Source: Gemmatimonadota bacterium
Lineage (GTDB): Bacteria; Gemmatimonadota; Gemmatimonadetes; Gemmatimonadales; GWC2-71-9
Assembly (NCBI GenBank): GCA_003221005.1
Contig: QHTZ01000073.1
Coordinates: 1 to 43,442 of the forward strand
Length of the DNA stretch: 43,442 nt
Direction of reading: 5' to 3'
Shown here piece after piece: positions 17,008 to 29,399 of this stretch. Under the pieces are notes generated by a model, which was not told the DNA's origin, ran no database searches, and was given only the letters and a program-made list of their open reading frames with translations. The first letter of the stretch is position 1, and each line of letters begins with the position of its first letter. The position numbers and the translations under genes are program-made.

Positions 17008-17010
17008 GCG

Positions 17011-18201
17011 ATGAGCCGCGACGACACCACCCCCGTCATCCTGAGCGCCGTGCGGACGCCCATCGGGCGCTTCCTCGGCGGCCTCGCCCCGCTCCCCGCG
17101 CCGCGGCTCGGCGCCCTCGTGATCCGCGAAGCCGTGCGCCGGGCCCAGGTCGAGCCCGGGAGCGTGGATGAGGTCATCATGGGCAACGTGCTGCAGGGCG
17201 GCGTCGGCCAGGCCCCGGCGCGCCAGGCCGCCATCCACGCCGGCCTCCCGGGCACGGTGCCGTCGCTCACGGTCAACAAGGTGTGCGGCTCGGGACTCAA
17301 GGCCGTCATGCTCGCCGCCCAGGCGATCCGGGCCGGTGACGAGCAGTGCGTCGTGGCGGGTGGGATGGAGTCGATGTCCAACGCGCCCCACTACGTGTAC
17401 GGCCTGCGCACCGGGATCAAGGCAGGGGACACGGAGCTCGTCGACGGGATGATCCGGGACGGCCTGTGGGACTCGTTCAGCGATTCCCACATGGGCAACC
17501 TCGCCGAGTACACGGCTCGCAAGGCCGCGGTGACCCGCGCCGACCAGGACCAGTTCGCGTTGGAGAGCCACCGCAAGGCCGTGGCGGCGCAGGAGGCGTG
17601 CCGCTTCAAGGCGGAGACGCTGGCCGTCGAGATCCCGGGGAAGAGGGGTCCGACGGTCGTGGACAAGGACGAAGGGCCGCGCAACGACACGACACTCGAA
17701 GCCCTCGCCGCCTTGAAGCCCGCCTTCGAGGAGGGCGGCAGTGTGACGCCGGGAAACTCGCCCGGGCTGAACGACGGAGCGAGCGCGCTCGTCGTCGCGT
17801 CGCTTGCGTTCGCGAAGGCCCACGGGCTCGCGCCCCTCGCGCGCATCACCGCGTACGCGACCGGTGGCGGCGAGCCGAAGGATCTCTTCTTCGCGCCGAT
17901 CGTCGCGGTGCGGAACCTGCTCGCGAAGGCCGGCACGAAGATCGCCGACTACGACCTGATCGAAGCCAACGAGGCGTTCGCCGTGCAGGCGCTCGCCGAC
18001 GGGCGGGCGCTCGGCTGGGATTGGGACCGCGTCAACGTCAACGGCGGCGCGATCGCGCTTGGACACCCCATCGGCGCCTCGGGCGCCCGCGTGCTGACGA
18101 CGCTGCTCTACGCGCTCAAGGACCGGAAGCAGCGCAGCGGGCTCGCGACCTTGTGCCTCGGGGGCGGCAATGCCGTGGCCCTGAGCGTGGAGATGATGTG
18201 A
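17011..18201 (+). CDS. Acetyl-CoA C-acetyltransferase (thiolase)
   Basis: [45 protein letters not shown]. Confidence 0.96.
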   Translation: MSRDDTTPVILSAVRTPIGRFLGGLAPLPAPRLGALVIREAVRRAQVEPGSVDEVIMGNVLQGGVGQAPARQAAIHAGLPGTVPSLTVNKVCGSGLKAVMLAAQAIRAGDEQCVVAGGMESMSNAPHYVYGLRTGIKAGDTELVDGMIRDGLWDSFSDSHMGNLAEYTARKAAVTRADQDQFALESHRKAVAAQEACRFKAETLAVEIPGKRGPTVVDKDEGPRNDTTLEALAALKPAFEEGGSVTPGNSPGLNDGASALVVASLAFAKAHGLAPLARITAYATGGGEPKDLFFAPIVAVRNLLAKAGTKIADYDLIEANEAFAVQALADGRALGWDWDRVNVNGGAIALGHPIGASGARVLTTLLYALKDRKQRSGLATLCLGGGNAVALSVEMM

Positions 18202-18761
18202 TGCCTACCGAGACCGCTGCCCTCGTCGCACCCCTCACGCTGCGCCGCGGCGTCGCGGTGCTGCTCGGCACCGCGCTGGTCGCAGCGGCCGCGCAGATCG
18301 CCGTGCCTCTCCCCGGCACGCCGGTGCCGGTCACGCTGCAGCCGCTCGCGGTGCTCCTGGTCGGCGGGCTGCTCGGGCCGGGACTTGGCACGGCGAGCCT
18401 GATCCTCTATCTCGTGCTGGGGGCTCTAGGCCTCCCGGTATTCACGCCCTATGGCGCGCCCGGGATTGCTCGCCTCGTCGGGCCGACGGGCGGCTATCTG
18501 CTCGCCTACCCTGTGGCCGCGTTCGCCGTCGGCAACTTGGCGGGCGACGGGCGGCGCTACGGCCGCCTGTTTGCCGCCACACTCGCCGGTCTCGCGCTCA
18601 TCCATCTTGGCGGCCTCGCCCAGCTGTTGATCCTGACCGGCAGCGCGCGCGGAGCGGTGCGGCTCGGTACCGCGCCCTTCTTGTTGAGCGACGCGGGCAA
18701 GCTCGCGATCGCTGTGCTGGTGCTGCGGCACACGATGAACCCTCTGCGCGCGCGCCTATGA
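18201..18761 (+). CDS. bioY: Biotin transporter BioY
   Basis: PVPVTLQ, GALGLPVF, GPTGGYL motifs; TGATG overlap with thiolase. Confidence 0.9.
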   Translation: MPTETAALVAPLTLRRGVAVLLGTALVAAAAQIAVPLPGTPVPVTLQPLAVLLVGGLLGPGLGTASLILYLVLGALGLPVFTPYGAPGIARLVGPTGGYLLAYPVAAFAVGNLAGDGRRYGRLFAATLAGLALIHLGGLAQLLILTGSARGAVRLGTAPFLLSDAGKLAIAVLVLRHTMNPLRARL

Positions 18762-19621
18762 CGGCGCGCGTTTCGTTTGTAGCGGGCTGGAAGAGTCTGG
18801 GGATCGCCCTTGCCTGGCTCGCGGCGTTCCTGGCGGTGGGGGTGGGCGTGATCGTCCTCCTCGCCTGGATCGTGCCCGACGCTCCCGACACCTGGTGGCT
18901 CGCGCGCGGCGCTGCCATCCAGGCCCTCGGGTTCGGCGTTGCCACCTGGGTGGTGGGCCGTCGGCTGAATCGTCGGAGCTGGGCCGAGCTGGGCTGGCGG
19001 AGCGCCGCAAGTCCGCCGCGGGCGTTCGGGCGCGGCGCCGGGCTCGGCCTCGCCATGGCGGTGCTCGCGATCGGCGTGTCGGTGGTCGCCGGGGGCGCGC
19101 ACCTGCGCTTCGTCGCGCTGCGGGGTTCGAGCCTCGGCGCGGCGGGGGCGGTCCTCCTGGGATTACTCTGCGCGGCGCTGTCGGAAGAGCTGCTGTTCCG
19201 GGGCTATCCGCTCCGCCGGCTGTCAGAGGCGGTTGGGCCGGCGGGCGCGACGCTGCTCCTCTCCGGTGGCTTCGCGGCCTCGCACCTCGGTAACCCCAAC
19301 GCGACCGCGCTGGGCGTCGTGAACATCGCGCTCGCGGGGTTCTGGCTCTCGGTCGCGTTCTTCTCGCCCGGCGGCATGACGCTCGCATGGGGGGCGCACT
19401 TCGGGTGGAATGCCGCGCTCGGCGAGCTGTTCGACGCGCCCGTGAGCGGGTATTCCCTCGCCGCGCCCGTGGTGCACTACGCTCCCGGAGGGCACGCGTG
19501 GCTCGACGGCGGGCGATTCGGGCCGGAGGGCGGCGTGGTCGCGACGATCGCGTTCCTCGCCGGAGCAGCGGCGTTGCTCGGGTCCCGCCTGACGCAGCCC
19601 AGACGGTGGGCGGCACCGTGA
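18758..19621 (+). CDS. CPBP (Abi/CAAX) intramembrane metalloprotease
   Basis: [19 protein letters not shown] motifs; multiple TM helices. Confidence 0.88.
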   Translation: MTARVSFVAGWKSLGIALAWLAAFLAVGVGVIVLLAWIVPDAPDTWWLARGAAIQALGFGVATWVVGRRLNRRSWAELGWRSAASPPRAFGRGAGLGLAMAVLAIGVSVVAGGAHLRFVALRGSSLGAAGAVLLGLLCAALSEELLFRGYPLRRLSEAVGPAGATLLLSGGFAASHLGNPNATALGVVNIALAGFWLSVAFFSPGGMTLAWGAHFGWNAALGELFDAPVSGYSLAAPVVHYAPGGHAWLDGGRFGPEGGVVATIAFLAGAAALLGSRLTQPRRWAAP

Positions 19622-20466
19622 GCCGCGTGGCCGTCGTGGGGGCGGGAACGATGGGTGGTGGCATCGCCCACGTCTTCGCGCTGCACGGCTGGGACACAAC
19701 GCTCGCGGACGTGACCCCCGAGCTCGTCGAGCGGGGCCTCGCGTCGGTGAGAAAAAACCTGGAGCGGCAGGTGACGAAAGGTGCGCTCCGCGCCGTGGAG
19801 CGCGACGCCGCGCTGGGGTGCATCCGGCCCGGCACGGGGGCCGAGGCCGCAGCGGGCGCCGACCTGGTGGTCGAAGCCGCGACCGAGAACCCCGAGATCA
19901 AGCTCAAGCTGTTTCGCGAGCTCGACGCACGCGCGCCGGCGGGCGCCATTCTTGCGAGCAATACGTCCTCGATCTCGATCACGGCGCTCGCCGCCGCGAC
20001 CCGGCGGCCGGCCCAGGTGATCGGCATGCACTTCATGAATCCCGTGCCGGTGATGCAGCTGGTGGAGGTGATCCGGGGGCTCGAGACCTCGGATGAGACC
20101 GCGCGGCGCGTGCTCGAGATCGCGACCGCGCTGGGCAAGACGCCGGTCGAGGTGCACGACGCTCCGGGCTTCGTCTCCAACCGCGTGCTGATGCCGATGA
20201 TCAACGAGGCGATCTTCTGCGTGATGGAGGGAGTCGCAAGCCCCGAAGCGGTGGACACGGTGATGAAGCTCGGCATGAACCACCCGGTCGGGCCGCTCGC
20301 GCTCGCGGACCTGATCGGCCTCGACGTCTGCCTCGCGATCCTCGAGGTGCTGCACCGGGACCTCGGGGACGACAAGTACCGTCCGGCGCCGCTGCTCCGG
20401 AAGCTCGTGGCCGCGGGCCGCCTGGGCCGAAAGAGCGGGCGCGGCTTCTATGTCTACCGGGATTGA
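19618..20466 (+). CDS. 3-hydroxybutyryl-CoA dehydrogenase
   Basis: [44 protein letters not shown]; GTGA overlap. Confidence 0.95.
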   Translation: MSRVAVVGAGTMGGGIAHVFALHGWDTTLADVTPELVERGLASVRKNLERQVTKGALRAVERDAALGCIRPGTGAEAAAGADLVVEAATENPEIKLKLFRELDARAPAGAILASNTSSISITALAAATRRPAQVIGMHFMNPVPVMQLVEVIRGLETSDETARRVLEIATALGKTPVEVHDAPGFVSNRVLMPMINEAIFCVMEGVASPEAVDTVMKLGMNHPVGPLALADLIGLDVCLAILEVLHRDLGDDKYRPAPLLRKLVAAGRLGRKSGRGFYVYRD

Positions 20467-21595
20467 GGCGGCCGGCCTCTCCGAGACGCAGCGCCAGATC
20501 GTGGATCTCGTGCGCGAGTTCGCGCGCACCCACATCGAGCCGCATGCCGCCGAATGGGACCGCGTCCGCTACTTCCCCCGCGACGTGATCGCCGAGCTGG
20601 GGAAGCTCGGCTTCCTCGGCATGGTCGCCCCGGAAGCGCACGACGGCATGGGACTGGACACCGTCACCTATGCGCTCGCGCTCGAGGAGCTCGCGGCCGC
20701 GGACGCGGGGGTCGCCGCGGCGGTCAACAGCCACAGCGCCCTCCCCACCACGCTGCTCGCGCGCCACGGGACGCCGCGCCAGCAGGAGCGCTGGCTCAAG
20801 CCGATGGCCCGCGGCACCGTGCTCGCGGGAGTTGCGTTGGCGGAGCCGGAGGCGGGGTCCGACATCGCGGCGCTCGCCGCGCGCGCGGCGCAGCGGGACG
20901 ACGGGTGGGCGCTCGACGGCATCAAGGCGTGGGTCACCAACGGGACTACCGCCGATTTGGTCATAGTGTTCGCGCGCACCGCTGCCGGGATCTCGGCCTT
21001 TCTCGTCCCCACCGACGCGGCGGGGTACCGGCCGGAGGCGCCCGCGGATACGATGGGTATGCGGACGGCGAGCACCGGAGTGGTGGTGCTCCGGGATCTG
21101 CGCATCCCCGCCGACCATCTGCTGGGCGACGACGGACAGGGGCTCGTGTACGCGGTCGAGGGAACCGACGCGGGCCGTCTCGGCGTCGCGGCGCTCGCCG
21201 TGGGCATTGCACGGCGCGCGCTCGAGCACGCCGTGGCGTACTGCAGCGAGCGCCGCCAGTTCGGGCGCGCGCTGCGCGAGTTCGAAGCCGTGCAGTTCAA
21301 ACTGGCGGACATGGCGACGCGCGTGGACGCGGCGCGCGCGCTCGCCCACGCCGCGGCTGCCCGCCACGACCGGGGCGAGGACGGCGCCGCGGCGGCGAGC
21401 ATGGCAAAACTGTTCGCGTCGGAAGCGGCGATGTGGGTCACCACCCAGGCGATTCAGCTGTTTGGCGGCTACGGCTACATGCGCGACTTTCCCGTCGAGA
21501 AGCTGTTTCGGGACGCGAAGGCGATGGAGCTCTATGAGGGCACGAGTGAAATCCAGCGGCTCAACGTTGCGCGCGGGCTCACCGCCGGCCGCTAG
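20450..21595 (+). CDS. Acyl-CoA dehydrogenase
   Basis: [38 protein letters not shown]. Confidence 0.95.
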   Translation: MSTGIEAAGLSETQRQIVDLVREFARTHIEPHAAEWDRVRYFPRDVIAELGKLGFLGMVAPEAHDGMGLDTVTYALALEELAAADAGVAAAVNSHSALPTTLLARHGTPRQQERWLKPMARGTVLAGVALAEPEAGSDIAALAARAAQRDDGWALDGIKAWVTNGTTADLVIVFARTAAGISAFLVPTDAAGYRPEAPADTMGMRTASTGVVVLRDLRIPADHLLGDDGQGLVYAVEGTDAGRLGVAALAVGIARRALEHAVAYCSERRQFGRALREFEAVQFKLADMATRVDAARALAHAAAARHDRGEDGAAAASMAKLFASEAAMWVTTQAIQLFGGYGYMRDFPVEKLFRDAKAMELYEGTSEIQRLNVARGLTAGR

Positions 21596-21626
21596 CGCGC
21601 CGGAGCGCGCGGAGGACCTGTTTGCC

Positions 21627-22667
21627 TTGCTCGCCGAGCACGCGCACGAGCAGGTGAGCCTGTGCTACGAGCCGTCCACCGGCTACCGCGGGATCATCGC
21701 GATCCACAGCACCGTGCTGGGGCCGGCGCTCGGCGGCACGCGCTTCTGGAGCTACGGCAGCGACCGCGAGGCGTTGATCGACGCGCTGCGCCTCTCGCGC
21801 GGCATGACGTACAAGGCCGCCGTGGCCGGTCTCAACCTAGGCGGCGGGAAGAGCGTGATCATCGGGGACAACACGACCGCGCGCCGGGAGCCCCTGTTCC
21901 GGGCCCACGGGCGCCACATCGAGGCGCTCAAGGGTCGCTACATCACCGCCGAAGACGTCGGGACGTCGACCCAGGACATGGAGTACATCAAGGCGGAGAC
22001 GAACCACGTGACGGGGCTGATCGGCACGTCGGGGGACCCCTCGCCCGTCACGGCCTACGGCGTGTACCGCGGGATCAAGGCCTGCGCCCGCGTCCGCTAC
22101 GGCTCCGATGAGCTGGCCGGCAAGACCGTGGCTTTGCAGGGATGCGGTCATGTAGGCTATCATCTGGCCAAGCTGTTGCACGCCGAGGGCGCGCACCTCG
22201 TGGTCGCGGACGTGGACCCGTTCCGGGTGGCCCGGGTGGTGGACGAGTGCCAGGCGCAGAGCGTGGCGCCCGACGAGATCTATCGCGTCCAGGCGAACGT
22301 GTTCGCGCCCTGCGCGCTGGGCGCGGTGATCAACGACGCCACGCTCAAGCTGCTGCGGGTGGAGATCGTGGCGGGCGCGGCGAACAATCAGCTCGCGGAC
22401 GAGCGGCACGGCGATGCGCTCGAGGCGCGGAGCATCATCTATGCGCCGGACTACGTGATCAACGGCGGCGGGCTGATCAACGTGAACGCGGAGCTGCAGG
22501 GCTGGTCGCTGGAGCGCGCCCGCGCCAAGGCGGGGGAGATCTACGACGCGCTGCTGCGCGTGTTCGAGATCGCGCGCGACGAGCGGATCCCGACGTACCG
22601 GGCCGCGGACCGACTCGCGGAGGAGCGCATCGCCGCGGTGGCGAAAGTGAGGCAGAACCTTGTCTGA
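21627..22667 (+). CDS. Leucine (Glu/Leu/Phe/Val) dehydrogenase; start uncertain
   Basis: HEQV, IAIHSTVLGPALGGTR, GMTYK, GGGKSVI, TAEDVG, GAANNQL, PDYVINGGG. Confidence 0.9.
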   Translation: MLAEHAHEQVSLCYEPSTGYRGIIAIHSTVLGPALGGTRFWSYGSDREALIDALRLSRGMTYKAAVAGLNLGGGKSVIIGDNTTARREPLFRAHGRHIEALKGRYITAEDVGTSTQDMEYIKAETNHVTGLIGTSGDPSPVTAYGVYRGIKACARVRYGSDELAGKTVALQGCGHVGYHLAKLLHAEGAHLVVADVDPFRVARVVDECQAQSVAPDEIYRVQANVFAPCALGAVINDATLKLLRVEIVAGAANNQLADERHGDALEARSIIYAPDYVINGGGLINVNAELQGWSLERARAKAGEIYDALLRVFEIARDERIPTYRAADRLAEERIAAVAKVRQNLV

Positions 22668-23097
22668 GCAGATATACGTGGGCGCCGATCACGCGGGCTA
22701 CGCGTTGAAGCAGAAGCTCGTGGAGGAGCTGAGGCGGCTGGGGTACGACCCGGTGGACGTGGGCCCCAAGACCCTGGACCCGCAGGACGACTTTCCCGAC
22801 TACGCCAAGCCCGTCGCCGAAGCCGTAAGCGCCGGCAAGGCGCCGCGCGGCGTGCTGACCTGCGGCACGGGGCTCGGGATGTCCTACACGGCGAACCGGT
22901 TCCCGAAGGTCCGCGCGGCCGTGGCCTGGAGCCCCGAGGTCGCCGAGCTGGCGCGCAAGCACAACGACGCGAACATCCTGGTGCTGCCGTCGCGGTTCGT
23001 GAGCGAGCAAGAAGGGCTCGAGATCCTGCACAAGTGGCTCGACACGGCGTTCGAAGGCGGCCGTCACTCCCGCCGCGTCGCCAAGATCGACGAATGA
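22660..23097 (+). CDS. rpiB: Ribose-5-phosphate isomerase B
   Basis: ADHAGY, CGTGLG, ANR, HNDAN, FEGGRH. Confidence 0.93.
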   Translation: MSEQIYVGADHAGYALKQKLVEELRRLGYDPVDVGPKTLDPQDDFPDYAKPVAEAVSAGKAPRGVLTCGTGLGMSYTANRFPKVRAAVAWSPEVAELARKHNDANILVLPSRFVSEQEGLEILHKWLDTAFEGGRHSRRVAKIDE

Positions 23098-24365
23098 GCG
23101 ACCGGCTCGCGCCCCTCGCCGCCGCCGACCCCACGGTGTTCCAGCTGATCCGCCGCGAGGTGGAGCGCCAGGAGCACGGACTCGAGCTGATCGCGAGCGA
23201 GAACTTCGTCTCGGTCGCCGTGCTCGAAGCGATGGGGACGGCGCTGACGAACAAGTACGCCGAAGGCCTTCCCCGCAAGCGCTACTACGGCGGCTGCGAG
23301 GTGGTGGACGAGGTGGAGCAGCTCGCCATCGATCGTGCGACACAGCTGTTCGGCGCCGACCACGTCAACGTGCAGCCGCATTCGGGAGCGCAGGCCAACA
23401 TGGCCGCCTATCTCGCGGTCGCGAAGCCCGGCGACAAGCTCATGGGGCTCGCGCTGCCGCACGGCGGGCACCTCACCCACGGCTCGCCGGTGAACTTCTC
23501 CGGCACGCTGTTCCAGGCGACGTCGTACGGGGTGCGCGAGGACACGGGGCGCATCGACTACGACCAGCTCCGCGAGCTCGCGCGGCGCGAGCGCCCCCGT
23601 CTCCTCATCGGCGGCGGCAGCGCCTACGCCCGCATCATCGACTTCCCAGCGCTGCGGAGCATCGCCGACGAGGTGGGCGCCATCCTGATCGTGGACATGG
23701 CGCACTTCGCGGGGCTCGTCGCCGCCGGGCTGCACCCGTCGCCCGTGCCCCACGCCCAGATCGTCACGACGACCACCCACAAGACGCTGCGCGGCCCGCG
23801 GGGTGGGTTGATCCTGTGTCAGGAAGCGTACGCCAAGGACGTGGACAAGCAGGTCTTCCCCGGGACACAAGGGGGACCGCTCGAGCACGTGATCGCCGCC
23901 AAAGCCGTGGCGCTAGGCGAGGCGCTTACCCCCGAGTTCAAAACGTACTCGGCGCAGGTGATCAAGAACGCCCAAACCCTCGCGGCTGCGCTCATCGCGC
24001 GCGGCTATGCGATCGTGTCGGGAGGCACCGACACCCACCTCATGCTCGTGGATCTGCGACCCAAGCAGGTCACCGGCAAGGAGGCGCAGGAGCTGCTCGA
24101 CCGGGCCGGCATCACTGTCAACAAGAACACGATCCCTGGCGATCCACAGAAGGCGTTTGTGACGAGCGGGATCCGGCTCGGGTCGCCCGCGGTGACGACG
24201 CGCGGCTTCAAGGAAGCCGAGATGGAGCGGGTGGCGGAGTTGATTGACATGGTCCTGGTTGCCCGCGACGAGGCGACCGCGCTGCGGGTGAAGCAGGAGG
24301 TGCGGGAGCTGACGGAGGAGTTTCCGTTGTATCTCGGGAAGGCGACGAAGGTGGGGGTGGGGTAG
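23094..24365 (+). CDS. glyA: Serine hydroxymethyltransferase
   Basis: [45 protein letters not shown]. Confidence 0.98.
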   Translation: MSDRLAPLAAADPTVFQLIRREVERQEHGLELIASENFVSVAVLEAMGTALTNKYAEGLPRKRYYGGCEVVDEVEQLAIDRATQLFGADHVNVQPHSGAQANMAAYLAVAKPGDKLMGLALPHGGHLTHGSPVNFSGTLFQATSYGVREDTGRIDYDQLRELARRERPRLLIGGGSAYARIIDFPALRSIADEVGAILIVDMAHFAGLVAAGLHPSPVPHAQIVTTTTHKTLRGPRGGLILCQEAYAKDVDKQVFPGTQGGPLEHVIAAKAVALGEALTPEFKTYSAQVIKNAQTLAAALIARGYAIVSGGTDTHLMLVDLRPKQVTGKEAQELLDRAGITVNKNTIPGDPQKAFVTSGIRLGSPAVTTRGFKEAEMERVAELIDMVLVARDEATALRVKQEVRELTEEFPLYLGKATKVGVG

Positions 24366-24394
24366 CGGGGGAGGCCTCTCGTGGAGGGGGAGCT

Positions 24395-25102
24395 ATGCAC
24401 CGACAGACATGGGGCCGAGTCGCGCTCGCTGGCGCGGTCATGCTGGCTGCGGGGGCGTGCAGCAAGAAGGAGCAGAAGGGCTCGGCCGAAGCTCAAAGGA
24501 GCGGCGCCGCGATGCCCAAGGGGCCGGCCGAGTATACGGTGGTCCTGAAGAGCACGTGGACGTCGAAGACCCATCCGTTCCAGTATCCCAAGGGGGCGCA
24601 CTTCTCCGGCTTGATCGGCGCGTCGCACAACGCGTCGTACTCGATCTTCGCGTTGGGACGGCGTCCCACGCCGGGACTCGAGCGCCTCTCCGAAGAGGGT
24701 AAGCACAGCCCGCTCGACGACGAGATCAACGCGGCAATTGCCGCCGGGCGCGCCGGCATGATGTTCGAGACCGGACAACTGAAGAATTTCAAGGACTCGC
24801 TCGTCACGACGGTGCGTGTGGATCCGGCGCATCCGCTGGTCTCGCTGGTCGCGATGATCGCCCCCAGCCCGGACTGGTTCACCGGGGCGGCCGACGTGAA
24901 CCTGGTTGAGAACGGGGGCTGGGCACGGTCTCGCACGCTCAGGCTGATCGCGTACGACGCGGGGGGCGACAACGGTACGACCTACCTGGCTCCGGACAAG
25001 GACGCCAATCCGAAGCGGCCGACGTCGCGAGCGATGACCCGGCACTTCGTGATCAAGGGCGTGGTCGTGCCGGTCGCGACACTCAAGTTGATAAGGCGGT
25101 AA
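24395..25102 (+). CDS. Spondin_N-domain lipoprotein
   Basis: RBS GGAGGGG; lipobox LAAGAC; HFSGLIGASH, MIAPSPDWF, YDAG motifs of Spondin_N. Confidence 0.82.
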   Translation: MHRQTWGRVALAGAVMLAAGACSKKEQKGSAEAQRSGAAMPKGPAEYTVVLKSTWTSKTHPFQYPKGAHFSGLIGASHNASYSIFALGRRPTPGLERLSEEGKHSPLDDEINAAIAAGRAGMMFETGQLKNFKDSLVTTVRVDPAHPLVSLVAMIAPSPDWFTGAADVNLVENGGWARSRTLRLIAYDAGGDNGTTYLAPDKDANPKRPTSRAMTRHFVIKGVVVPVATLKLIRR

Positions 25103-25106
25103 TCGC

Positions 25107-25567
25107 ATGTCTGACGCAAGCTCCACTGGCGGCAACCGGCCGTCCCGGGGCTCGGGCTCGTTCACCGTGCACCTCGCCGACGAGCTCGAGGTCTACTTCA
25201 ACGAGGTCGCCCACGGGCGGCCCGTCGGCTTCGTCGCGTCTCCCAAGTGGAAACCCCCGACCGACGTCTACGAGACCGCGGACGCGCTCGTCGTACACAT
25301 GGACATCGCGGGGATGCACTCGGAAGACTTCAGGGTGGAGCTCGCCGATGGCATCCTCACCATCTCGGGCGAGCGCGTGCCGCGTCGCGAGGGAAAGCGG
25401 CACTACCATGCGATGGAAGTGCAGATCGGCCCGTTTGAGCGCCGCCTCCGGCTCCCCGTGCCGGTTGATCCGGAGAGCATTCGCGCGAGCTACGAAGCCG
25501 GCTTCCTCGAAGTGCGGTTGCACAAGCTCCCGCCCCGCCTCTCTGGCCCGCAGTCGGTAAAGGTCGA

Positions 25568-25571
<4 letters not shown>
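25107..25571 (+). CDS. Hsp20/alpha-crystallin small heat-shock protein
   Basis: WKPPTDVYET, LTISGER, GPFERRLRLP, ASYEAGFLEV. Confidence 0.9.
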
Positions 25572-27960
<2,389 letters not shown>

Positions 27961-27964
<4 letters not shown>

Positions 27965-28341
27965 GCGACTTTGCCACGCTCGACGCGGCGTTTGCCCAGA
28001 TCCGGGAGCGCGATGGGCGCTACCACGAGCGCGGCTACCTGTTCGTGCTCGCCGCACTCGAGTTCGCGCAGCACCGGCTCCCCGCCCGCCGGCACCTCTC
28101 CGGCCGCGAGCTCGCGTGGGCGTGCCGGGACTTTGCGCTCGAGCAGTTCGGGTTGCTCGCGCCGACGGTGCTCGACCACTGGGGCATCACCCGCACGGAG
28201 GATCTCGGCCGCATCGTGTTCATGCTGATCGACGTCGGGCTCCTCGCTCGGCAGGAGAGTGACCGGATCGAGGACTTCGACGCTGTGTACGACTTCGCGG
28301 AGGTGTTCCGGGCCGGGTACCGCTGGCCCGGCGTCGCGTAG
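27961..28341 (+). CDS. Conserved hypothetical protein (Minf_1886-like)
   Basis: GYLFVLAAL, RHLSGREL, FGLLA..VL.HWGI..TEDLG.IVF, EDF..VYDF; GTGA overlap with lon. Confidence 0.75.
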
Positions 28342-28371
28342 TCGCGCTGGATCGGGGAAGGGGGGTGCCGC

Positions 28372-28569
28372 ATGGACGCCGGCATGGAATGGCCCGCCTG
28401 CAAGAAGTGCCAGCAAGGTCTCCTGATTCCGTTATCGGATTACGGCCGCGATGGCGCGCCGATCACCTACAAGGCCTGGGTGTGCACGAATCCGGACTGC
28501 GGGTTCAACATCCGCATCGATAACGGGGAGATCTCCTTCGGCCGCACGATCGGCCAGAGCCTCAAATAG
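28372..28569 (+). CDS. Small zinc-ribbon protein
   Basis: CKKC ... CTNPDC cysteine pairs; purine-rich RBS upstream. Confidence 0.75.
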   Translation: MDAGMEWPACKKCQQGLLIPLSDYGRDGAPITYKAWVCTNPDCGFNIRIDNGEISFGRTIGQSLK

Positions 28570-28580
28570 GCTCGGGTGCG

Positions 28581-29399
28581 GTGCGCGCGCCCGCCGTCGG
28601 CGGGCGCTTCTACCCGGGAAGCCGCTCCGAGCTGGAGCGGACCGTGCGCGAGCTGCTCGCGCGGGTGCCGCCCGGCGCGCCGCCGGCGCCCGCCCGGGGC
28701 GCCGTCGCGCCGCACGCTGGATACGTTTACTCGGGCTTTACCGCCGCTTGCGTCTTCGCTCGCCTCGCGGTCCCGCCGCTCGTGGTCGTCCTCGCCCCGA
28801 ACCACACGGGGGTGTGCCACGCGCCGGGCGGGGCGTCGCTGTGGGAAGCGGGCGCGTTCCGCACACCGCTCGGCGACGTCGCCGTGGACGAGGGCTTCGC
28901 GACGGCGCTGCTCGCCGCGAGCCCGCTCGTTGGGGCCGACCATGAGGCGCACCGCGCCGAGCATGCGGTCGAGGTGGAGCTGCCGTTTCTTCAGGTGCTC
29001 CGGCCCGACGTGCGCATCGTGCCACTGGTGCTCGCCTGGGACGCGTGGCCCGGGTGCCGCGACCTCGGGCTCGCGCTCGCCGGCCTCGTCGCCCGCTCGC
29101 CCGAGCCCGTGCTGCTGCTCGCCTCGAGCGACCTGAACCACTACGAGCCCGCCCGCGTCTCCGAGGTGAAGGACCGGGAGGCGCTCGCCGCGCTCGAGGC
29201 GCTCGACGGCGAGGAGCTGCTCGCGCGCTGCCGCCGCGGGCGCATCTCGATGTGCGGGCGCGCGCCCGCCGCCTGCGTCGCCGCGGCCGCCCGTGCCCTC
29301 GGCGCGACCGCCGCCACGGTCGTGGACTACCGGCATTCGGGGCTGGTGTCGGGGGACGACGATGCGGTGGTCGGCTACGGAGGCGTGATCATTCCATGA
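28581..29399 (+). CDS. MEMO1-family protein (AmmeMemoRadiSam protein B)
   Basis: RAPAVGGRFYP, PHAGYVYSG, PNH, EHAVEVELPFLQ, SSDLNHY, SMCG, VVGY. Confidence 0.92.
   Translation: MRAPAVGGRFYPGSRSELERTVRELLARVPPGAPPAPARGAVAPHAGYVYSGFTAACVFARLAVPPLVVVLAPNHTGVCHAPGGASLWEAGAFRTPLGDVAVDEGFATALLAASPLVGADHEAHRAEHAVEVELPFLQVLRPDVRIVPLVLAWDAWPGCRDLGLALAGLVARSPEPVLLLASSDLNHYEPARVSEVKDREALAALEALDGEELLARCRRGRISMCGRAPAACVAAAARALGATAATVVDYRHSGLVSGDDDAVVGYGGVIIP

Noticed and set aside
21207-21626. Long N-terminal extension or non-canonical start of the leucine dehydrogenase
   Set aside because: The extension overlaps the acyl-CoA DH gene; a TTG at 21627 with GGAGG upstream gives an adequate canonical start.
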